From an uncultured Verrucomicrobiae bacterium (lineage in GTDB: Bacteria; Chlamydiota; Chlamydiia; Chlamydiales; Rhabdochlamydiaceae): DNA of 64,000 bases. Positions 36,527-45,223 of this stretch are shown one piece after another. Below the pieces are notes generated by a model. The model was not told where the DNA came from. It ran no database searches and saw nothing but the letters and a program-made list of their open reading frames with translations. Position 1 is the first letter of the stretch, and the number at the start of each line of letters is the position of its first letter. The translations under genes were made by a program, and so were the position numbers. Location: assembly GCA_963806855.1 (NCBI GenBank), contig CAWDYW010000001.1:896001-960000 (forward strand), read 5' to 3'.

Positions 36527-37137
36527 ATCTAGCCAATATTTCCTCTATCATGCTGATCAGTCTGCTTGCTGCGATGAGTCCAGGGCCCGATTTTGCCATT
36601 GTCGTCCGCAATTGTTTATCAGGGAAATTCAAAGCAGGGTTTTTGACCTCTCTTGGGGTCGCAACCGCTCTACTTGTCCATGTGAGTTATAGTTTACTGG
36701 GAATCGCCATTCTAATTGCAGAGAGTCCGCTGCTATTTCATATCATCAAGTTCATTGGGGCTGCTTATCTTATCTATTTAGGAATTATGCTACTCAGAGA
36801 GAAGAGCGGCGGCCCTAAAGAGGGGAATGGTCCGAGCAAAAAAGGAAGGGGGCCCTTCATTTCTGGATTTTTATGCAATTTGCTCAATCCCAAAGCGACC
36901 CTCTTTGTCCTAAGCTTGTTTACGCAATTCATCGAGCCTGGAATGAGCCTATACGAGAAAGTCATGCTCGGCAGTCTATTTCCACTTGTCGTTTTCGCTT
37001 GGTTTGTTCTCCTTTCCTACCTTATCACTCATCGGCTGCTACAAAGGCATTTTGCAAGATTTCAGCTGATCATCACCAAGGCAATGGGAGTTGTCTTGAT
37101 CTGCTTAGGCATCTATATCGCAGTTATGCTTCATTGA
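36523..37137 (+). CDS. LysE/RhtB amino acid exporter
   Basis: SPGPDF, GAAYLIYLG, NLLNPKA. Confidence 0.92.
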   Translation: MNLANISSIMLISLLAAMSPGPDFAIVVRNCLSGKFKAGFLTSLGVATALLVHVSYSLLGIAILIAESPLLFHIIKFIGAAYLIYLGIMLLREKSGGPKEGNGPSKKGRGPFISGFLCNLLNPKATLFVLSLFTQFIEPGMSLYEKVMLGSLFPLVVFAWFVLLSYLITHRLLQRHFARFQLIITKAMGVVLICLGIYIAVMLH

Positions 37138-37192
37138 AATAAATTTTAATTCAAAATAGAGTGAAAAAAATGAGCTAAAAGGATGAAGGGAC

Positions 37193-40100
37193 ATGGTCCA
37201 GCGTTATTTGTTTATCAAAGGGATTTTTTTTATTGCGACTTCTGCTGTTGTACAGGCGGCGCCGATCACCTGGGTGGCCCAAAGTCCAAATAATGACATG
37301 AACAACACGGCCAACTGGAATCCAACTACTATTCCAGGGGCCGCCGATGATGCCATCTTCAACAGCGCTATTGCTGGCGTTTCGACCAACCCAGCGGAAA
37401 ACACTGCGCCTTTTTCTGTGTTAACGTTCAATTTTCCTAATGCAGCGTCGGTCTTTAGCTTTAATTTCAATAACCAGAATACTCTGACTTTTAATGGAGC
37501 TGGCATTACGGGGGGCAATACGAATCCCGTCATCCAGATCACAAACATTGATAACTCCGCTTTCCCTGGCAATCTGATCGAGTTTATCGGTGCAACGGGC
37601 ACTTCTGGCAGCGCTAACATCACTAGTTCCAATAGCGGCACATTAACAGGCGCCCAATCTAATGCGAATATTGGTAGCATCAACTCAAATTTCTATTCAG
37701 CTGGCCCCTTTACCATTGCGAATGGGGGACAAATCACTGCAAGCAATACAGGTAATGATAGCACCACAGGAACTGGCAACAATGGAGAGGCCAATACAGC
37801 ATCCTCTCAATTGAGGTTTGATCAATCCTTCACTGCGGGAAACAATGTTGCTGTTTCGGTTTCAAATAGCGGGACCTTAAGCGGCACTAATTCCGTTCGA
37901 GGGAACGCTGTTGCTATCATAAACGGCAGTCAATTTATAGCCTCGGGGGCATTTGCCGCCGGAGATAATTTTAATTGCCTGGTGCAAAACTCGGGCGACG
38001 ATAGTAGCCCGGGCACTGGACTCAGCAATGTGGGTCAAACCAATGCTGCACAGATGATACTGCAGTCTACAGGAGTTGTAGGCAACAACTGCTCTATTAC
38101 TGTTTCCAATTCAGGCAACAACTCTTCGCAGACAACCAATTTTCCTGATTTTATTGGGTATCTCAATGATCAACAGTTTTTTGTGGGAAGCACATTCCAA
38201 GCGGGTACTGATTTCGATCTGACGGTCAGCAATACTGGTATCGATACCAGCGTTTCGCATGGTGGCTCACAAGTCGCTGTGATCAATTCTAATTCGGGCA
38301 CGACAGGCAATCAAGTGCTGTTTCAACAAGGTTGCACACTCGGTAACCGAGCAGTTGTTAGCGTCACAAACAGTGGAACCTATAGTGGGTCCAATACCAG
38401 CGGCGGTTCCAATGTTGGCGGTATGAATCTCGAACAGATTGCAATAGGGGATAGCACGGCTCCGGGTTCGTTTTCCTTTAATGCAGGGGATGACTTCACC
38501 TTTAATGTTTCCAATACTGGAATCGATAGCGCTATAGGGATCGGAGACGATGCCGTGGGAGATGTTTCAACAGATCAAGTGACGTTTTACGCTCCCAGCT
38601 CTGTAGGTAATAATGCCGCATTTACCTTAAGCAATAGCGGTAACTACAGCGGACACAGCTCCACTTCATTTGTGAACGTCGGTTCCGCTGGGGGTAGTCA
38701 ACTGCATTATATCAGCACTTTCCAAGCTGGGGACAATTTTACCCTTACTGTGACCAACTCTGGAACTAATTCGGGTACTGGGGCTGGCGACAACTTTGTC
38801 GGAGATCTGATCGGCGGCGAGCAAGCTTCTTTTAATCAAGGTCTTGTAGTTGGCAGTAATGCGAATATCACTCTTTCCAATACCGGTTCCAATTCCTCGA
38901 ACACAACAAGTAATAACCAGGTCGGCAGCCTCATGGGCTATGGCAAGCAGCTCTTCGTGAAGCAGCAGTTTCAGGCTGGAGACAATCTTCTGATTTCGAT
39001 CACAAACTCTGGTTTTGATGATAGTACAGGGGCAGGTGGAAATTTCTGCGGTTTTATCAACAATGATACTGTTGATCAAAGTGGGGCGCAGGTTCATCTC
39101 GATGCAGGGGGCACTGTGGGCAATAGGGCATCGTTTACGCTATCTAACACCGGAACCTTTCAAGGAAGCAATACCGGGGCAAATTCGACAGGTGTTTTAG
39201 CAGGGCAGCAATTTAAATCGGCTGCAGCCTTTCAGGCAGGAGATAACTTCGGCTTAAGTGCATCTAATTCGGGCACAAACAACGGATCGGGGCAGAGTAG
39301 CAATAGCATAGGGACCACTGGCGCCGATCAGATTACGTTCGGGGGGACTTGCACTATTGGCAAGAATGCGACATTTCTCCTTACCAATAGCGGAGAAAAT
39401 AATGACGCGACGGGGACCTCAAACACGATTGGATCGATCAACGGCGCCCAAATGCAGGTGAATGGGGCCTTTACCGCCGGAACAACTTTAAACATTAGCG
39501 CAACCAATAGAAGGACAAATGCTGGAAACAATAGTAATGTTGTGGGCAATGTCAGCGGTTCCCAAATCGCCTTTGCGCAGAGCTGCACACTCAATGATGG
39601 ATCGAGCATCAGCGCATTCAACTTTGGTACTGTAGGAGGCTCTCAGATTTCATTTGGCCAAGGGTTTAATATCGCTTCAGGTAAAGTCACGATCCAGGCG
39701 CTCAATGAGGGGACGGTTGGTTCTTTTGGAATCGATATTCAAGGGAGTAATGCAGGAGGCGATGCTATCATTATCCTCGACAATAGTTCCTTGAATATCG
39801 GAACGACTCTCCCCACTTTTACGATCGGCGGACTCACCGGTGACAGTACGAGCACAGCTCAGTCCCAACCTACGCTCATCATCAATACTGATGCCTTGAC
39901 AAAGACAGAATTTTCAGGCGTTATCCAAGACTTTCCTGCAACCGGTTCAACACTCACGAAATCGGGACCTGGAACCCAAAAACTCTCAGGTGCCAATACC
40001 TATACCGGTCTGACAACGGTGCAAGGGGGAAGCCTAGTCGTGAATGGATCGCTCGCTGGGGATGTCTTGATCAATCCGCTTGGAACCTTAAAGGGGACAG

Positions 40101-41521
40101 GATCTGTCGCTGGAACCGTTCGAAACATGGGGACGATTTCTCCAGGAGAGAGCATAGGCACATTGACAATGGGCACTTATGTCAATATTGGGGGAACCTA
40201 CGACGTTGAAGTCAATGGAGCTGGACAAAGCGATCTCATCAATGTTTTAGGGACAGCTTCCTTATTTGGCGGCACAGTTCTTGTCAGTTCTGTCGATGGG
40301 ACGTTTCGATTCCAACAACCTTATACCATTTTGACGGCTCAAGGGGGTGTAGTGGGGACTTTCGCGGGGGCGACCTCTCTGGCCTTTATCAAGCCAACGC
40401 TCACCTATGACCCAAATCATGTATTCCTAACGATTCAGTCGGCTCTTCTGAATGCGGCCGCAAGATGCAACCAATTTGGCGTCGCAAGAAATCTCGATAA
40501 CATCGTGGGTCCAACTGCCGCACAAGCGCTTTTAATCGGTGCAATTGCCAATTTGCCATTGGGTGAGGCGCGCAATGCTCTAGAGAGCCTTTCAGGTTAC
40601 CAATACACGAATGGTGTCTGGGCAACCGAGATCACGACCCGCAGATTCCTAAGACGCCTATACGATCCGTTGAGATCGCTTGTCAGCCCTTGCGATTGCT
40701 GCTGCAGAGACTGGACTGCGTGGTTAGAAGCGGGCTATGGGTTTACAAACCTACATAAAAGGACCGCGCACAAACTGCATATGGACAGCTATCAAGTGAC
40801 GGGGGGCATCCAAAAAACTTTCTGCTGCGATTTCACGGTCGGTCTGGCCGGTTCATATGAATACGATCATGTCAGATACAAATATGGAAAAGGGCATCGC
40901 AATTCAGAATATGTGAGCCTCTATGGGCTCTATAGACCATGCGCGTTCTATGGGCTAGTCGACTTTGTCTATGGACATACCTCCGATCATGTTAATCGCA
41001 AAATCCGCGCCGGCAGTTTGCGCTATCATGCCCATGATAACCCAAATCTCAATCTCTTCGCTTTCTATGGAGAACTGGGCTTCGACTGGAATGCTTGCTG
41101 TATGCTCATCCAACCCTTTCTCGGGGTTCAGGTGGACCGCAATTGGCGCAATAAAATCGATGAAAATAACGCAAACGGCTGGGGTCTGAAAATCAAAAAA
41201 CATGATTGGACCGCCGCAAGCACCCGTCTTGGCTTGCACCTGACTACATGCGATATTTGTGATTGGATCGACGCATCTGTCGACCTCGCTTGGAATCAGC
41301 TCTGGACAAGCGATCATAACTCGACCGAAGGACGGTTTAAACAATTTGGCAATTCTTTCCGAATCTGTGGCAATACCCTAGACCGAGCCAGCCTCGACTA
41401 TGCTCTCACCCTTTCGAAGTGCCTTTGCGATGGCTTGAAAGGCAACCTAGAGGTAGGCGGTGAATGGTGGCGCCATGCAAACACCTTTAATGTGATCGTG
41501 GGGATTGATTACGGTTGGTAA
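37193..41521 (+). CDS. large autotransporter with repetitive Asn/Gly/Ser-rich passenger and Cys-rich barrel
   Basis: Signal peptide, ~15 repeats of xxG(D/N)xxxxxxxN(S/T)G, LTKSGPGTQKLSGANTYTG, barrel ending DYGW. Confidence 0.9.
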   Translation: MVQRYLFIKGIFFIATSAVVQAAPITWVAQSPNNDMNNTANWNPTTIPGAADDAIFNSAIAGVSTNPAENTAPFSVLTFNFPNAASVFSFNFNNQNTLTFNGAGITGGNTNPVIQITNIDNSAFPGNLIEFIGATGTSGSANITSSNSGTLTGAQSNANIGSINSNFYSAGPFTIANGGQITASNTGNDSTTGTGNNGEANTASSQLRFDQSFTAGNNVAVSVSNSGTLSGTNSVRGNAVAIINGSQFIASGAFAAGDNFNCLVQNSGDDSSPGTGLSNVGQTNAAQMILQSTGVVGNNCSITVSNSGNNSSQTTNFPDFIGYLNDQQFFVGSTFQAGTDFDLTVSNTGIDTSVSHGGSQVAVINSNSGTTGNQVLFQQGCTLGNRAVVSVTNSGTYSGSNTSGGSNVGGMNLEQIAIGDSTAPGSFSFNAGDDFTFNVSNTGIDSAIGIGDDAVGDVSTDQVTFYAPSSVGNNAAFTLSNSGNYSGHSSTSFVNVGSAGGSQLHYISTFQAGDNFTLTVTNSGTNSGTGAGDNFVGDLIGGEQASFNQGLVVGSNANITLSNTGSNSSNTTSNNQVGSLMGYGKQLFVKQQFQAGDNLLISITNSGFDDSTGAGGNFCGFINNDTVDQSGAQVHLDAGGTVGNRASFTLSNTGTFQGSNTGANSTGVLAGQQFKSAAAFQAGDNFGLSASNSGTNNGSGQSSNSIGTTGADQITFGGTCTIGKNATFLLTNSGENNDATGTSNTIGSINGAQMQVNGAFTAGTTLNISATNRRTNAGNNSNVVGNVSGSQIAFAQSCTLNDGSSISAFNFGTVGGSQISFGQGFNIASGKVTIQALNEGTVGSFGIDIQGSNAGGDAIIILDNSSLNIGTTLPTFTIGGLTGDSTSTAQSQPTLIINTDALTKTEFSGVIQDFPATGSTLTKSGPGTQKLSGANTYTGLTTVQGGSLVVNGSLAGDVLINPLGTLKGTGSVAGTVRNMGTISPGESIGTLTMGTYVNIGGTYDVEVNGAGQSDLINVLGTASLFGGTVLVSSVDGTFRFQQPYTILTAQGGVVGTFAGATSLAFIKPTLTYDPNHVFLTIQSALLNAAARCNQFGVARNLDNIVGPTAAQALLIGAIANLPLGEARNALESLSGYQYTNGVWATEITTRRFLRRLYDPLRSLVSPCDCCCRDWTAWLEAGYGFTNLHKRTAHKLHMDSYQVTGGIQKTFCCDFTVGLAGSYEYDHVRYKYGKGHRNSEYVSLYGLYRPCAFYGLVDFVYGHTSDHVNRKIRAGSLRYHAHDNPNLNLFAFYGELGFDWNACCMLIQPFLGVQVDRNWRNKIDENNANGWGLKIKKHDWTAASTRLGLHLTTCDICDWIDASVDLAWNQLWTSDHNSTEGRFKQFGNSFRICGNTLDRASLDYALTLSKCLCDGLKGNLEVGGEWWRHANTFNVIVGIDYGW

Positions 41522-42531
41522 TGAAAGCGATACAAATTGATGTGGTTGCACCGGATCTCGAGCGGGCGATCCAAAATTTGAAAATAGTGGAGGTCCCCAT
41601 TCCAAAGCCGGGACCTGGAGAAGTGCTCATTAAGACTGGAGCAACCACTTGTAATCCATCGGATCTGGTGTTTTTGCTCGGCGTTTATGGCGTAAAGCTC
41701 GCTTTGCCTACAGTTCCTGGCTTTGAGGGGATGGGTACCGTAGTGGCAAGTGGGGGCGGGGCTTTAGGGTGGTGGCTAAAGGGAAAAAGAGTTGCCGTTG
41801 CTCTCTCAGGCCGGAGTGGGACTTGGGCAGAGTATATTATTGCAAAGACTAAAGAGTGTTTTCCTCTTAAGCACACGACTTCCGATCAGCAGGGCGCTAC
41901 GTTGCTCATCAATTCGCTCACCGCAGTGGCCATGATCGATCAGGTTAAAAAGGAAGGGCATAAAGCGATCATCTTCAATGCTGCCCGTAGCCAAGTGGGC
42001 AATAAGTTGCGGGACTTAAGCTCCTTGCAAAAGATCCCATTCATCAACATTGTCAGAAATCAGGAGCAGGTTGATCAACTGAAGAAAGAGGGTGAGAAAT
42101 GGGTCGTTTCTTCCAGTGATGAGCAGTTTTTGCATCACTTAAGCGAAATGGCCAGATCTTTGCACGCCACGATTGCCTTTGACGCCGTCGCGGGAGAGCA
42201 AACAGGTAAAATCTTGAGCGCAATGCCTCCAAAATCGGTCATTGTTGTCTACGGTGCGTTGGCAGGTCAGTCTTGTAGGGAGATCAGTCCTAAGGATCTG
42301 ATATTTGGGCAAAAAAAGGTCGAAGGCTTTTGGCTTGTTCCCTGGGGAGAGCAAAATGGCTTCTTTAAAACTTATAAAAGCCTCCGTTATATAGAGGGGC
42401 TGATTAAACAAGGACAAGGCTGTAGCCAGATTCGGGCCACTTCAGGATTTGAAGGTTGGAAAGAACTCCTTCTCTCTTATGCCCATAAGCAGTCAGAGGG
42501 TAAAGTGATTCTTAGTCCTTCTTCTGAATAA
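41521..42531 (+). CDS. MDR-family oxidoreductase (enoyl/quinone reductase-like)
   Basis: NPSD, PGFEGMG, GTWAEY, FDAVAG, VYGAL; TAATG overlap with the autotransporter. Confidence 0.85.
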   Translation: MKAIQIDVVAPDLERAIQNLKIVEVPIPKPGPGEVLIKTGATTCNPSDLVFLLGVYGVKLALPTVPGFEGMGTVVASGGGALGWWLKGKRVAVALSGRSGTWAEYIIAKTKECFPLKHTTSDQQGATLLINSLTAVAMIDQVKKEGHKAIIFNAARSQVGNKLRDLSSLQKIPFINIVRNQEQVDQLKKEGEKWVVSSSDEQFLHHLSEMARSLHATIAFDAVAGEQTGKILSAMPPKSVIVVYGALAGQSCREISPKDLIFGQKKVEGFWLVPWGEQNGFFKTYKSLRYIEGLIKQGQGCSQIRATSGFEGWKELLLSYAHKQSEGKVILSPSSE

Positions 42532-42739
42532 CGAGCTGCAAGATGATCAGAGTTGTACCCGCGACGATGAGCAGCGCGGAAAAGATCGCTGGAAATTCCC
42601 CAGTGGTAGGCTGAATGGCATTCAAATCGACAAGTTGCTCTTGCTCGGTGAATGAAATTTGCCGATGCAAAAGGGCATAGATCCCCATGCCAATCAAGAA
42701 AATGCCAATGATGACGGCGCCAATTCTAGCCAGTTTCAT
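42512..42739 (-). CDS. small two-TM membrane protein
   Basis: MKLARIGAVIIGIFLIGMGIY...FSALLIVAGTTLIIL. Confidence 0.65.
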   Translation of the reverse strand: MKLARIGAVIIGIFLIGMGIYALLHRQISFTEQEQLVDLNAIQPTTGEFPAIFSALLIVAGTTLIILQLVIQKKD

Positions 42740-42790
42740 ATTTTTATTTTCACTATTTGTTCTATAGGTGTAAACCAAAATTTGAGGACT

Positions 42791-43534
42791 ATGAAAATTC
42801 TACGAGAGCTGACAGTGCATGACTTTCGAGTGCGGCAAGTGCAGGATCGACCTGGCCCTAACTCGTTTTTCTTACCGGGAGGGCCCGGACTTGGCTCCGA
42901 GTATTTCGAGAGCTTGATCGAAGTGCTCGATCTTTTTGGCAGCCTCTATTTGGTCGATTTTCCCGGCGATGGGAGCAATCCCACTCCGCTGGTGCCTGAA
43001 AAATGGAAGGAGAACCTCATTAAGCTGGTCCAAGCGTTTCCTCGGGTGCATCTGGTGGCCCATTCTTTTGCAGCGATGTTCGTTATGACCTGTCCAGAGC
43101 TAGAGCCCCATCTGGAGCGGCTTGTCTTGATGAGCGCTTCGGCCAAAAAACTGACCCATCATCATCCTGGCCCTGTGAATCTCAAGGACTATTTTTTGAC
43201 CAGGTTGAATCTCTATGTTCTTCCCGAAACGATCGAGCGGGCTTGGCAGCTGTTTGAAAATTTGCCCTTCAAGGAGGAGGCTTTCATTTGGGGCAGGGAC
43301 CATTTTCATCCCCATTTCTCTCCCATCTGGGTGCCCCAAAAACTGCCGACACTTATCCTCAGTGGGGAAGAAGATCAGATCACACGACTTTCCTCTTTTG
43401 AAGGGACGCCCTATCTTGAGCGTCCCAATATTGTGGTGCAGTCGATCCCGGGTGCCAGCCATTTCCCTTGGCTCGAAAAACCAAAAGAGGTCAGCCGAGG
43501 ACTAGCTCTTTTCTTTTCGAGACTGACCGAATGA
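42791..43534 (+). CDS. alpha/beta hydrolase (proline iminopeptidase-like)
   Basis: PGGPG, AHSFA nucleophile elbow, GEED, ASHFPW. Confidence 0.85.
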   Translation: MKILRELTVHDFRVRQVQDRPGPNSFFLPGGPGLGSEYFESLIEVLDLFGSLYLVDFPGDGSNPTPLVPEKWKENLIKLVQAFPRVHLVAHSFAAMFVMTCPELEPHLERLVLMSASAKKLTHHHPGPVNLKDYFLTRLNLYVLPETIERAWQLFENLPFKEEAFIWGRDHFHPHFSPIWVPQKLPTLILSGEEDQITRLSSFEGTPYLERPNIVVQSIPGASHFPWLEKPKEVSRGLALFFSRLTE

Positions 43535-44816
43535 GGGCAAGCATGTGCGGCAGCGCCATGCAGGCTAGGACGATGTCGATCAGCGACCAGAATGTCTTCA
43601 CTTCACAAATGGCTCCAAAGAAAGTCATCAATCCTGTTAGCACAAGATACAAGTGCATTTTCTTGTTGTCGGTCAAATAGCCAAAGCACTGGCTGCCATT
43701 GTAGCTGTTTCCCAAAATCGTCCCAAATCCAAACAGCAGGGTGCTGATCGCGACAATGGCAAGTCCAAAGTAGGAGAAATAGGATTGGAAAGAGGCTGCT
43801 ACCATGCTGATCCCAAGGGGCAGCTCGGGGTTTTGCCAGGTTTTAGTGATCAGGGTAACTAAGCCCGACAAAAAGGCGACAATTCCGGCCGTGTAGGTAG
43901 AGACCATGGCGAGCGTCCCTTGCGCAATCGGATCTTTGGTGGCGGCCATCGAGTGGGGAATAGCCTGCGTCCCAATTCCCGCTTCGCTAGCTTGAATTCC
44001 TTTAAAAATTCCCCAGCGGAGCGTGCTGACAATACCCCCGACGATCGTTCCGCTCGCCAATGCACGAGGAGAGAGGGCCGATGCAAACATTTGATGGAAG
44101 ACGTCCCCGAGCTGACCAAAGTTGGTTAGAATGATCCATAGGTTGGAGCCAACATAAAGGATAAACATCATAGGGACCAATTTTGAAGAAAGAGAGCCGA
44201 CCCGTTTAATGCCTCCCATCAGAAGAAAGAGGACAAAAATCGAGATCACAACTCCCGATATGATCGTAGGGATCCGATAACCTTCGAGTAGAGGGGAGTC
44301 GAGGATGGCGGCGAGCTGGTTGGCCTGAGCTCCTGACCAGGCAGTCATGAGAAGAAGACAGCAGATCGCATACCATTTGGCTGCAAAAGGGGAAAGAAGA
44401 TGCCTGATGTATTGCATCGGCCCGCCCATCACAGCGCCCGAATCGAGCGTTTTCCGGTGTGCAATGGAAAGACTCACTTCCACATAGGTAGCGGCGCTGC
44501 CGAAAAAAGCAGTGAGCAAAAAGCCAATCAATGCCCCCGGACCTCCCAAGTTGATCGCGATTACTGGCGCGACAATGGTCGAAATCCCCAGAGTAGTCGA
44601 CATCGCCGTCAAGAGCGCTTTGTGGGGGGAAATGGTATGCTCGCCTTCTTCTGCCTTTTTAAAGCCGCTCTTCAGCAGCCTAAATAGCTCAGGAAAGAGG
44701 CGCAGTTGGACAAAGCGGGTTTTGAAACTTAGGTAAATGCACCCTAGCAAAAGGAAAATGCAGCAGCCAAACAGCACATAATCTGCGGCTGATTTGATAA
44801 AGCCTTGAATAAACAT
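43491..44816 (-). CDS. alanine/glycine:cation symporter (AGCS)
   Basis: KTRFVQ, GGPGA, GGPMQY, GGIKR, LVPMM, SEAGIG. Confidence 0.9.
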   Translation of the reverse strand: MFIQGFIKSAADYVLFGCCIFLLLGCIYLSFKTRFVQLRLFPELFRLLKSGFKKAEEGEHTISPHKALLTAMSTTLGISTIVAPVIAINLGGPGALIGFLLTAFFGSAATYVEVSLSIAHRKTLDSGAVMGGPMQYIRHLLSPFAAKWYAICCLLLMTAWSGAQANQLAAILDSPLLEGYRIPTIISGVVISIFVLFLLMGGIKRVGSLSSKLVPMMFILYVGSNLWIILTNFGQLGDVFHQMFASALSPRALASGTIVGGIVSTLRWGIFKGIQASEAGIGTQAIPHSMAATKDPIAQGTLAMVSTYTAGIVAFLSGLVTLITKTWQNPELPLGISMVAASFQSYFSYFGLAIVAISTLLFGFGTILGNSYNGSQCFGYLTDNKKMHLYLVLTGLMTFFGAICEVKTFWSLIDIVLACMALPHMLALIRSVSKRKELVLG

Positions 44817-44887
44817 AAAAATCCTCATTTATTTTAATAATTGCAAATAAAAACTGTAGTTTGGGTAAAAAATTAGGAATTGCAATA

Positions 44888-45059
44888 AGAACCTATCCCG
44901 ATAAAAAGTTTCAGTCGATTTTCGGGTTCTTTTGAGCCTATTTTCGATTCAAATTCGGGGGTTCATATGCGGTAGGCTGATATTAACCCCCGAATTTGAA
45001 TCGAAAATAGGCCAAAATAATCCCGAAAATCGACGAAAAATTTTATCGGGATAGGTTCT
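44888..45059. mobile_element. 172-bp palindromic MITE-like element with target-site duplication
   Basis: Terminal IR AGAACCTATCCCGATAAAA; inner perfect stem GCCTATTTTCGATTCAAATTCGGGGGTT; flanked by AGGAATTGCAAT at 44875-44886 and 45060-45071. Confidence 0.85.
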
Positions 45060-45223
45060 AGGAATTGCAATTATTGAAAGAAACGAAGGAAGGGGTTGCG
45101 GTGAAAAGTTGTAAAATCAAAGGTGGCAATGCTTGGTACATAAAATTCTCCATTTTTCCCAATAGAGGGATAATTACTATTATAAGTCCAAGGAATATTG
45201 TAAACAAGGGGGAAAATATAAAT

